Below, piece after piece: positions 1-8,225 of a DNA stretch of 64,000 nucleotides; within the stretch, counting starts at the first letter, position 1, and every line of letters begins with the position of its first letter. Source of the stretch: Candidatus Doudnabacteria bacterium (GTDB lineage Bacteria; Patescibacteriota; Doudnabacteria; UBA920; O2-02-FULL-48-8); NCBI GenBank assembly GCA_037200925.1, contig JBBCGO010000001.1, forward strand, positions 888,235-952,234, given 5' to 3'. Under the pieces are notes generated by a model, which was not told the origin of the DNA, searched no databases, and was given only the letters and a program-made list of their open reading frames with translations. The position numbers were made by a program, and so were the translations under genes.

Positions 1-45
1 TGATAGGAATGATCCAAATAAAGCGGTATTTACAGTTAAACCAAT

Positions 46-1524
46 ATGATTATAAGCGGGATTACTCTTGAAAATTTAGATAAAATTGATCTGAGCCAGC
101 TTCGGGATCCGAATTTTTTTTCCAAAGTTGAGGATTTCGTTTACGGGCTTGATGCGGAAGGAAGTCCGGATAACGCCCGGGTGGTTTTCCTGAGCCTTAC
201 TGATCTGATCAGCAAGGCCGACGATAACCGCGAGACTTTAGCCAAAAAATATTTTCCGATTTTATGCGCGCTTAGGTTAATCGGTTTGAGTTCTGTTTCC
301 GATCAGGAAAAAGAGTCGTTTATTTCTCAAAATTTAACCGTACTCCTGAATCAGGATTATGCAGATTTGAAATATTGGCTGAATTTTCTTTTCGTTTCCT
401 ACGGTTACGATGAAGAATTGTCAAAAAATCTTCAAAATCTTTTTATTTCAGCTATTTCGCAAAGCAACAGCAGAATAGGCGACAAAGACATGAGGATTTC
501 GACCGGTCTGGTTAAGCCGTTCGTAAAAAATTGGATATATGATTATAACGGCTCCTCGCTCACGTATCAATCAAAAAAGACCGTAGCTGATGAAACCTCT
601 TATACTAATCAATCACCAAATGCCAAATTATTGAGCAAGCTTGAAAGAATCACTCTGTTAAAATTATTGAGACTGTATGATTGGCTGCGTTTTGACGCCG
701 TAAAACCCAAGCTAGAGGTTGAAGAGCCGGCGCTCCCTGCAGAAATCCTGATAACATCAGTAAACTATCCGCCGGTGGCTCCCGGAGTTGCTGCCAAGCC
801 CGTACCTGCAAAGCCTGTTTCGGATTTTGATAAAAAGTTAGCAGGGGTTGCGGCATCCACTGCCCACGGCCAGGATCTGGAAGTAATTCGCAAGCAAATG
901 GAGCCGAAACAGGCAAACCCCGCACCCAGCCTTCGAACATTTGAAAAGACTGCACCTCCTTTGGCTCCTGCGGAAATAAGGCGAGAGGTCGGGACACAAG
1001 AGTTGCAGGCGCACCAAGAAACGGTCAGGCCGGTTTTCAAGCCAGCACCTGTTGCGCCAGCGCCCAGGCCGATTGCTCCAAAACCGGCAGCCAGTATTTA
1101 TCCTTCCAGTCTGCCAACGCCTCCGCCACCCGTCCGACGGTTGGATGAGACACCTTATCAATTAGGGGGAGAAGCAAAAATTGGGCTGCACTCTTTGGAC
1201 AAAATTAATGTCATTGAAGATCTGAAAAAAGTAGATGTATCGGTTCTGCGAGAGGGACCGGTTGACGTTCAAACCCAGGCGTTAAGATCGAAAATTCTAA
1301 ACCTGGCAAATGCCAACAAGATCTTACCTTACTACACGGTCAATGCTTTTGAGCAGAGTCCTCTGTTCAATGCCTACCTAGAGATCGGCTCTGCGATAAT
1401 TGCCGACAACAGTTCGGACCGGAAAGCCGCGTTTAAAGTCGCCGCAGCCAAGGTTGGGAGCCAGCTGACATTCCAGGAATTCGAAGCAATAGCTGATCTG
1501 AAAAAAGAGATAGAAAGATTGTAA
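46..1524 (+). CDS. Hypothetical protein. Related N- and C-terminal segments flank a Pro/Ala-rich low-complexity linker (PAxPV, KPAPVAPAP).
   Basis: Complete 492-aa ORF with in-frame stops upstream of the ATG at 46. The central region (aa about 230-360) is proline/alanine-rich. No recognisable catalytic motif. Confidence 0.5.
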   Translation: MIISGITLENLDKIDLSQLRDPNFFSKVEDFVYGLDAEGSPDNARVVFLSLTDLISKADDNRETLAKKYFPILCALRLIGLSSVSDQEKESFISQNLTVLLNQDYADLKYWLNFLFVSYGYDEELSKNLQNLFISAISQSNSRIGDKDMRISTGLVKPFVKNWIYDYNGSSLTYQSKKTVADETSYTNQSPNAKLLSKLERITLLKLLRLYDWLRFDAVKPKLEVEEPALPAEILITSVNYPPVAPGVAAKPVPAKPVSDFDKKLAGVAASTAHGQDLEVIRKQMEPKQANPAPSLRTFEKTAPPLAPAEIRREVGTQELQAHQETVRPVFKPAPVAPAPRPIAPKPAASIYPSSLPTPPPPVRRLDETPYQLGGEAKIGLHSLDKINVIEDLKKVDVSVLREGPVDVQTQALRSKILNLANANKILPYYTVNAFEQSPLFNAYLEIGSAIIADNSSDRKAAFKVAAAKVGSQLTFQEFEAIADLKKEIERL

Positions 1525-1579
1525 AAAAAGGAAAAGCTAAAAGTCAAAAGATGTGATACAATAAAGACATTGCGTAAGC

Positions 1580-2038
1580 ATGTCTTTTTATTTTTTTATG
1601 CTCAAAGTTGTTATTGACACCAATTTGCTTATTGACGGTTCCGAGGATTTTTATAATTTCGGCAACCGGATCATTGATCTGGCCATCAGCGGGAATATTG
1701 AAGCTTATGCCAACAAAGCGACGCTGAGGGAAAATCAGTTCTTGGCCGAAAAAAAAATTCATGACGAGGGCTATTTGAAGAAGCTGAAATATTTTTTTGA
1801 TGCGGTCAAACCTGCTGAGTCAAGCGCTCATTTGAAAGTTGTGGAGGACAGCGAAGACGATAAGATCCTGGAATCAGCCGTTTCGGCCGGCGTGGATTAC
1901 CTGATCACCTCAGATCATCATCTGCTAAAACTCGGAAAGTTCCGCGGCGTCAGAATTGTCCGACCGGGCGCGTTTTGGCAGATTTGGGAAGATGAGGGCG
2001 AGGGGTGGAAGAAGTGGATAAATAGCTTCCTAAAATAG
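1580..2038 (+). CDS. PIN-domain protein (VapC-like nuclease fold; TIGR00305-like PIN family).
   Basis: N-terminal 'VVIDTNLLID' acidic PIN signature and C-terminal 'LITSDHHLL'. The start could be the internal Met at 1598. Confidence 0.6.
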   Translation: MSFYFFMLKVVIDTNLLIDGSEDFYNFGNRIIDLAISGNIEAYANKATLRENQFLAEKKIHDEGYLKKLKYFFDAVKPAESSAHLKVVEDSEDDKILESAVSAGVDYLITSDHHLLKLGKFRGVRIVRPGAFWQIWEDEGEGWKKWINSFLK

Positions 2039-2138
2039 GTTATTGGTCAAAGAAAAACCCCGAAAGGGGTTATTTTGGTAAATAATAAATATATGGTATA
2101 ATATTTAGGAACTATAGACATTAGACACCAAAAGAAAT

Positions 2139-2570
2139 ATGCAATTCGCAGTCCCACAATTCACGGATGTTGAGGATAAGCTCATTGGCCCGCTAACCTT
2201 GAAACAATTCCTTTTTTTGATGGCCACGGGCGGGATCGTTCTGTTCTTTTATTCTCTGCTGAAGCTTTCCATCTTCTTTTTTCTTTTTGCCGTTCCCACC
2301 GCTCTTTTGGGTATCGGACTGACTTTCGGAAAATTTAACGGCCGGCCTCTTTTTGGCTATTTGGGAGTTTTTTTTAGTTTCGTGTCCCGCCCTCAGACCA
2401 GAATTTTTAAAAGGGAAGAACAGGATGAAATTATCAGCACCGAGAAAGCCAAGCCAGTGGCTGCAAATATCATCCCCGCGAACATAGAGCCTGCCGAAAG
2501 CCGGCTTAAGAAACTGGCGTATTTGCTGGATCAGAAAACAGAAGAGGAAAAGGAATTATTGCAAAAATAA
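2139..2570 (+). CDS. PrgI-family-like small membrane protein (VirB3 analogue of Gram-positive-type T4SS).
   Basis: 143 aa with two hydrophobic helices after a conserved N-terminal segment (FTDVEDKLIGPLTLKQFLFL). It lies immediately upstream of a VirB4-family ATPase, as in prgI-prgJ synteny. Confidence 0.45.
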   Translation: MQFAVPQFTDVEDKLIGPLTLKQFLFLMATGGIVLFFYSLLKLSIFFFLFAVPTALLGIGLTFGKFNGRPLFGYLGVFFSFVSRPQTRIFKREEQDEIISTEKAKPVAANIIPANIEPAESRLKKLAYLLDQKTEEEKELLQK

Positions 2571-2676
2571 AGCCCCACACCAAAATAATATGAATTTTTT
2601 TCAGGAACTAATTGTAAAAAAAATAATTAATACGCCTAAATCAAATTTCTTGATCTGGCGTTTGGTGTGGGGCTAA

Positions 2677-3375
2677 ATGGCCAAGCAGGAGATGCAGAAT
2701 TTAACAGGCAACAAACCCACGGCTTCTACCCAGAAGTACTTGGACATTGCCGAGATCAAGGAAGATACGATAATTATGCGCGACGGGTCATTGCGCGCGG
2801 TGATCGTCATTTCCTCGGTCAACTTTTCTTTGAAAAGCGGTGATGAACAAAACGCCTTGATTTCCAGCTACCAGAATTTTTTAAATGCGCTTGAATTTTC
2901 GATCGAGATCGTGATGCAGTCAAGGAAATTGGACATTCATGCATATTTGGATAAACTGCGCTCAACCATGCAGCAGCAGACCAATGAATTGCTGCGAATG
3001 CAAACTCAGGAATATATAGAATATATCAGCAAGCTGATCGAGTTCGCCAGCATCATGAACAAAACTTTTTATATCGTCGTGCCTCTGACAACGGGCGCGG
3101 TCAAGAGCGGCATCTTCGCAAAACTGACCGGATTGTTCAGCCCCGCAAAAGCAATTTCCACCCAGAAGCTCGGGTTTGAGAGTTCGCGCGAAGAATTGTT
3201 AAAGCGCACCAATCAAATTTCCGCAGGCTTAGGTTCCATGGGGTTGAAAACGATCGTTTTGAACACCGAGGAGTTGGTCGAACTGATGTATAACAGCTAC
3301 AATCTTAACACTGCCACCCCGATCAAGATCAAAAGCGTTGAGGACCTGGGCTTAGGCCCGCAACCAAATACATAA
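2677..3375 (+). CDS. Hypothetical protein, possibly the separately encoded N-terminal domain of VirB4/TraC.
   Basis: 232 aa. Its stop abuts the start of the VirB4-like ATPase (3375/3376), and 232+610 aa matches a full-length VirB4 of about 840 aa. The motif 'IMRDGSLRAVIVISSVNFSLKSGDEQ' resembles the VirB4 N-domain 'dG.l.a.ie..g..f.l..eeq'. Confidence 0.35.
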   Translation: MAKQEMQNLTGNKPTASTQKYLDIAEIKEDTIIMRDGSLRAVIVISSVNFSLKSGDEQNALISSYQNFLNALEFSIEIVMQSRKLDIHAYLDKLRSTMQQQTNELLRMQTQEYIEYISKLIEFASIMNKTFYIVVPLTTGAVKSGIFAKLTGLFSPAKAISTQKLGFESSREELLKRTNQISAGLGSMGLKTIVLNTEELVELMYNSYNLNTATPIKIKSVEDLGLGPQPNT

Positions 3376-5208
3376 ATGGCATTATTTTCAAATAAACAAC
3401 CTGATCCGAACCGCCAGCTCCAACGTCAATTGGTGGAGAAAGAGCGCGAGTATAAAAGAGGTTTGAATACGCTCCGTGATCTGATCGCGCCGTCGGCATT
3501 TCGGGTCAGCCAGAATTCTGTTGAAGTTTCCGGAAAATTCGCGCGTTCGTTTTTTATCCTCTCCTATCCGAGATTTATTTCAGTCGATTGGCTGGCGCCC
3601 ATAATCAACATGGACACGCCCATGGACATGGCCATGTATATCTATCCCATGGATACGGCTGAGATCATGAAAAAGCTCAAGAGCAAAGTAGGCCAGCTGG
3701 AATCCGGCATGAAATTATCGGCTGAAAAAGGCAATGTCAGGGATCCCATGATGGAAACGGCTTTCCAGGATGTGGAAGGCTTGCGCGACAGGTTGCAGCA
3801 GGGAACTGAGCGTTATTTCCGCTTTTCCATATATTTTACGATCTATGCCGGCGACGAAAAAGAGCTTGACCAGGCTTCGGCCAGTTTGGAATCGATCCTC
3901 GGATCCAAACTGATCATTGCCAAACCGGCGGTGCTGCAGATGGAACAGGGCTTCAATTCAACTCTCCCGTTGGGCAATGATGAGCTGGCGATCGCTCAGA
4001 ACATGAATACCGAGCCGCTGTCCACGACTTTTCCTTTCGTTTCCTCGGAACTTACATCCAACGACGGGATCTTATATGGCATCAACCGCCACAACAACAG
4101 CCTGATCCTGTTTGACCGGTTCCAGATGGAAAATGCCAATTCCGTCGTGTTTGCCAAATCCGGGTCAGGCAAAAGTTATGCCGTGAAGCTTGAGATTCTG
4201 CGCTCCCTGATGCTTGGCACCGAAGTGATCGTCATTGACCCTGAGAACGAATACAAGCATTTGTCAACGGCGGTCGGCGGATCGTTCCTGAATATATCGC
4301 TGAATTCAGAATCGCGGGTCAATCCTTTTGATCTGCCTCGCGGCATTGAAGGCGAGACCAACGAGGATATTTTGCGCGCGTCCGTGGTCAATCTTCTGGG
4401 ACTGATGAATTTGATGCTCGGCAAACTGGATCCGACGGAAGAGGCGGTGATGGACCGGGCGCTCTGGGAAACTTATGCAAAAAAAGATATAACCGCCAAC
4501 GCGGATTTCTCCAACATCGAGCCGCCGACCATGCAGGATCTGGTGGAGATCCTGACAGGAATGGTGGGCGGCGAAAGCCTGGCGCAGCGCCTGACCAAAT
4601 ATACGCAAGGAACTTTTTCCGGAATTTTTAACCAGCAGACGAACCTGAATTTGAACAATCAGCTCGTGGTTTTTTCGATCCGCGACCTGGAAGACACTCT
4701 GCGCCCGATCGCCATCTATGTAACATTGAATTATATCTGGAATGTTGTGCGCGCCACGCTTAAGAAACGCATTTTGGTCATCGATGAGGCCTGGTGGATG
4801 ATGCAGCATGACGATTCGGCCAAATTCCTGTTCGGCATAGCCAAGCGCGCCCGCAAATATTATTTGGGCGTGACCACGATCACCCAGGACGTGTCTGATT
4901 TTTTGCAGTCGCCTTACGGCAAGCCGATCGTCACCAACTCATCCATCCAGCTGCTCCTCAAGCAATCCCCGGCGGCGATCGATATGATCGTCGAGACTTT
5001 CTTTCTGACCGAAGGGGAGAAATATCTGCTCCTGGAATCGGATGTCGGAGAGGGGATCTTCTTCGCCGGCATCAAGCACGTGGCAATCAAGATCATTGCA
5101 TCATATATGGAAGACCAGATCATCACCACTGACCCGAAACGGGCGCTGGAAATAGAAGAGGCGAAGAAGGAACTGCAATCGCAACATGCACAAACGCCGC
5201 AGGAATAA
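3376..5208 (+). CDS. VirB4/TrbE/TraC-family conjugative-transfer (T4SS) ATPase, C-terminal ATPase portion.
   Basis: Walker A 'AKSGSGKSYAVK', Walker B 'ILVIDEAWWMM', and 'VTTITQD' sensor-like motifs typical of VirB4/CagE ATPases. Confidence 0.7.
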   Translation: MALFSNKQPDPNRQLQRQLVEKEREYKRGLNTLRDLIAPSAFRVSQNSVEVSGKFARSFFILSYPRFISVDWLAPIINMDTPMDMAMYIYPMDTAEIMKKLKSKVGQLESGMKLSAEKGNVRDPMMETAFQDVEGLRDRLQQGTERYFRFSIYFTIYAGDEKELDQASASLESILGSKLIIAKPAVLQMEQGFNSTLPLGNDELAIAQNMNTEPLSTTFPFVSSELTSNDGILYGINRHNNSLILFDRFQMENANSVVFAKSGSGKSYAVKLEILRSLMLGTEVIVIDPENEYKHLSTAVGGSFLNISLNSESRVNPFDLPRGIEGETNEDILRASVVNLLGLMNLMLGKLDPTEEAVMDRALWETYAKKDITANADFSNIEPPTMQDLVEILTGMVGGESLAQRLTKYTQGTFSGIFNQQTNLNLNNQLVVFSIRDLEDTLRPIAIYVTLNYIWNVVRATLKKRILVIDEAWWMMQHDDSAKFLFGIAKRARKYYLGVTTITQDVSDFLQSPYGKPIVTNSSIQLLLKQSPAAIDMIVETFFLTEGEKYLLLESDVGEGIFFAGIKHVAIKIIASYMEDQIITTDPKRALEIEEAKKELQSQHAQTPQE

Positions 5209-5211
5209 TTT

Positions 5212-6165
5212 ATGGCAGATTTAGACGAGGAAGAATTAGTTGAGCGTCAGCACGCAGAAGAATCATCGTTTGAGGAACAACAGAGGCAGGATTGGGAAGC
5301 GCGCCAGCAGCAGGACCGATTGTTGAGAATTCAGCAAGAGAGAAACCCAGAAAATCGTGTCCAAAAAGCTGCCAATGCGGTAAAAAAGATTCAAAAGTGG
5401 TCGGAACGCTATGAGAAAGCTTCGGCGATAATTACTTTTCTTGCTGCAACGTCTGAGATTTGGGTGCCGATTTTAATAGTTTTAGTTACTGTGATGATTG
5501 CTGTTACGGTGTTGATCGCCGGCTGCAATTCAAGCGGGATCAGCGGGTATTTAGCTGCGGGTGCTTCTAGGGTCAGCGGTGCATTGAATAGTATAGGTCT
5601 TACTTCATTTCCTCCGGATGTCTGTAAAAATTTAACGTTTAACGGCGGCACCAGTGGCGGCGCGGGCGGAGGCAGTGGATTTGGTACAGGAGTTGGTTAT
5701 ACAGGAGGCAGCAGTGATGCAGAAATACGTGCGTATCTGCTTGCGCTTGGTATTACAATCAATAAAAATGATTGCGCTCCAGGACAAACAACCAATTGCA
5801 CTTCGCTCGACGGCATGCAGACTTCAACCATAGACGAAATTACAGGCATTGCTAGGGATTGCGACGTGGCGACTAATCCTGAAGGACCGCCGGACAATGC
5901 ATGTGAAATTCAAGTGACAGGGGGAACAGAAGACTCACATGCAGAAGGCGTTTGTAGCCATGCCAATGGTTATAAAGTTGACCTGGCTTCTACCGCGGCA
6001 ATCAACAGCTATATTCTTAATCCGGTATATTTTACGAGAAACGGAACCCGAGGCGATGGCGCCCCTTTGTATAAACGAAACAGCGACGGGGCTACTTATG
6101 CCGATGAAAGAAATATTCCCGGCGGCGGACCGCACTGGGACATAACCGGTCCCGGTTGCGGATAA
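5212..6165 (+). CDS. Bitopic membrane protein with an N-terminal coiled coil, one TM helix, a Gly-rich linker and a Cys-rich C-terminal domain. Possibly a VirB1/PrgK-like peptidoglycan hydrolase (M15-like metallopeptidase motifs).
   Basis: TM 'IWVPILIVLVTVMIAVTVLIAG'; linker GGTSGGAGGGSGFGTGVGYTGG; about 10 Cys in the C-terminal domain. 'CSHANGYKVDL' fits H-x2-G-x3-D of M15 peptidases, followed by 'GGGPHWDI'. The position directly after VirB4 matches a T4SS cell-wall hydrolase. Motif-level evidence only. Confidence 0.35.
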   Translation: MADLDEEELVERQHAEESSFEEQQRQDWEARQQQDRLLRIQQERNPENRVQKAANAVKKIQKWSERYEKASAIITFLAATSEIWVPILIVLVTVMIAVTVLIAGCNSSGISGYLAAGASRVSGALNSIGLTSFPPDVCKNLTFNGGTSGGAGGGSGFGTGVGYTGGSSDAEIRAYLLALGITINKNDCAPGQTTNCTSLDGMQTSTIDEITGIARDCDVATNPEGPPDNACEIQVTGGTEDSHAEGVCSHANGYKVDLASTAAINSYILNPVYFTRNGTRGDGAPLYKRNSDGATYADERNIPGGGPHWDITGPGCG

Positions 6166-6174
6166 TAAAAATAT

Positions 6175-7206
6175 ATGAATAGACGATTAGTTATAATTCT
6201 AAGTGCGGTTGCTGTCGTGATCGTAGTTGTCGGGGTGCTTTTGAGCATTGCAGTACGCAAACAGAATCAGAAACAACCCACGGCTGCAGTGTTTCAGGTC
6301 AAAAAAGTTTTGGATGAAGCCGTGATCTCGCCTGTCGCGTCTTTTGACAACAACGCGATCTGGTATTTCAATTCCGAGGGCCGGCTGTTCCGGATAAACA
6401 CAGACGGATCCGGCTTGTCGGAATTCCCTCTGCCAGCGCTGTCAAGCGGGCTGCTGAATAGAGTTTTGTGGCCCAAAACCGGTTCCGATTTTATGGCGAT
6501 AGTCGGATCCGGAAGCAATGAGATCAAAAATTATTACAACAGCGCCCAGAAAATTTATATCAATCTGCCTGCTAATATCCAAAGTATTGACTGGATGCCT
6601 GATTCGCAGCGCGTGGTGTATATCTGGAAATCAGGTGACAACATGCACCAGCAGTTAGTTATGGCCAATGCCGACGGCACGGGTTTTACGGCGATCAAGG
6701 ACGTGTTTTGGCCGGATCTGGTTGTAAAAGCGGGCAATGACGGCAAAACCGTTCTGCTTTACCGCTCAGGCATCCAAGGAGACAGCAATAAAGTTTATTA
6801 TGCAAATTTGGACACGGGAGTAATCGCTACGGCTGTGGATTCAGGAAAAACTATTTCTGCCCAATGGCTGCCGGTAGGCAGCAGGTTCGTATTTGCCCAG
6901 ATCTCGCTCACGGCCTATCCTAAATTATATCTTTATGATTTTACCAACCACCAAGCGGTGGATTTGAGCTTGAATACCACGCTTGACAAGATCACTTTTG
7001 ACAGCGACGGCAAATACATGTATGCGGCGGTTCCGAAGAAAGACAATTCCGGCGATATCTTTGTTAAAGTGGATTTGACCAGTTTCAAACAAGAAACTTA
7101 TTTTGAGCCTGACCAGAACATCAGTGCAACACGATTATTTTTGGCCGGCAGCCAGCTTTATTTCGTGAACAGCCAGGATCAGAAATTGTATACTATAAGC
7201 AAATAA
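6175..7206 (+). CDS. Membrane-anchored TolB-like/PD40 beta-propeller repeat protein.
   Basis: N-terminal TM helix, then repeated 'DGSG/DGT..' and 'W.PD...V' segments typical of PD40/TolB-type propeller blades. Confidence 0.4.
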   Translation: MNRRLVIILSAVAVVIVVVGVLLSIAVRKQNQKQPTAAVFQVKKVLDEAVISPVASFDNNAIWYFNSEGRLFRINTDGSGLSEFPLPALSSGLLNRVLWPKTGSDFMAIVGSGSNEIKNYYNSAQKIYINLPANIQSIDWMPDSQRVVYIWKSGDNMHQQLVMANADGTGFTAIKDVFWPDLVVKAGNDGKTVLLYRSGIQGDSNKVYYANLDTGVIATAVDSGKTISAQWLPVGSRFVFAQISLTAYPKLYLYDFTNHQAVDLSLNTTLDKITFDSDGKYMYAAVPKKDNSGDIFVKVDLTSFKQETYFEPDQNISATRLFLAGSQLYFVNSQDQKLYTISK

Positions 7207-7242
7207 GGGCGTTCGGATACTGCAAAAAAATGGAATAAAAAA

Positions 7243-7275
7243 AGCCGGATGGATCTATAATCCATCCGGTTTGGA
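7243..7275 (+). terminator. Rho-independent terminator after the TolB-like gene.
   Basis: Perfect 10-bp stem CCGGATGGAT/ATCCATCCGG with a 5-nt loop and then TTTGG. It is preceded by an A-run, so it could act bidirectionally. Confidence 0.6.
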
Positions 7276-7299
7276 TAAATAACCGGACAGGCTGGGGAC

Positions 7300-8081
7300 A
7301 GCCGCCCGGTTGTTACCTTGGGATGAGGGTTGCTCACCTTCGGGTAACACCCTTGAAAAGTCTAAAAGGTAGCAAGATAACATGCCCCTTTGCTGTCTTT
7401 TAGGCTCTTCAGAGTCCCAACGATTAAGTCGCGGCTTGCGCCTGTGATGTTTTCGTTTGCGGCGAGGGTACTGCGACCTGCGGCAGAAGCTTGATTGCCC
7501 GATCTACGATCTCTTCCGTTGATAGAGTCGTATTTTGGCAACAGTCTCGTGCACCGCGGGTTGCGGCCACCCAGTCTTCTACTCTGGCGGTCCGACAGTT
7601 CATATTGCTTCTTGAGCTGAACTGCGGTTCGATCCTTGGGAGCGACGAACATAAAACAAATCGCACAAGTCTCCATGCAAGCTCCTCAGGTAGTTGACGA
7701 ATTTTTGAGGGGAACCAGATGGAGTGTTTTCACGGTGAGCGCGAATGCACGAAGCGCCTCCGAAGTCAACGGCGTTACCAGGAATGTAAATGCTCCGGTT
7801 CAGACGTTTCTGAAGTGGATGTTGTGGGATCTCAGCAGGTCCACGATGGACGGATCCTCAAAATCCACGAGTCTGGCGTTGATCGGGGGTGGCGATGGCG
7901 TCGCCTGACAGATCCAAGGCTTTCAGGGTACGGTATGACTTTGGTCCCGTCTTCCGTAACACCGACCGCTTGGAACTCAGGTTTGCTCAAACCCATTCGC
8001 GCCAACGCATCTTTGAACTGCGGTGTACTTGGCGTCCTTGATGCGCGCTGCAACGGGCGTACTAAACACGAAGTGCGACAT
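7300..8081 (-). pseudogene. Decayed foreign gene remnant: G+C-rich, frameshifted ORF fragments, function unknown.
   Basis: There is no ORF above 130 aa in about 850 bp. The minus-strand ATG at 8081..8079 has a GGAGG SD 9 nt upstream and reads MSHFVFSTPVAARIKDAKYTAVQ before hitting a stop. Protein-like text continues in shifted frames (FKDALARMGLSKPEFQAVGVTEDGTKVIPYP; IYIPGNAVDFGGASCIRAH). G+C is visibly higher than in flanking DNA. Confidence 0.3.
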
Positions 8082-8225
8082 CTATCAACCTCCAGACTTA
8101 GCAGCTAGGGATTGTTCGTGTTGTTCTGCATCTCTGATAGTTGAATTTTGCTATAAACCTCCTTGGTTGACCGAGTGTACGATATGCTAATTTTAAAGAT
8201 TTGTTTTTGATTAGTCAAGATGTCC

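Noticed and set aside
7270-8110. Possibility that the ORF-less G+C-rich block is an rRNA fragment, tmRNA, RNase P RNA or group II intron.
   Set aside because: No tmRNA tag or tRNA-like end, no RNase P P4/CR-I-type motifs (GGAAAGTCCGG), no group-II domain V, no reverse transcriptase ORF and no rRNA-like blocks were visible. A decayed gene fits better, because an SD-preceded ATG and multi-frame protein-like text are present. An unknown ncRNA remains possible.
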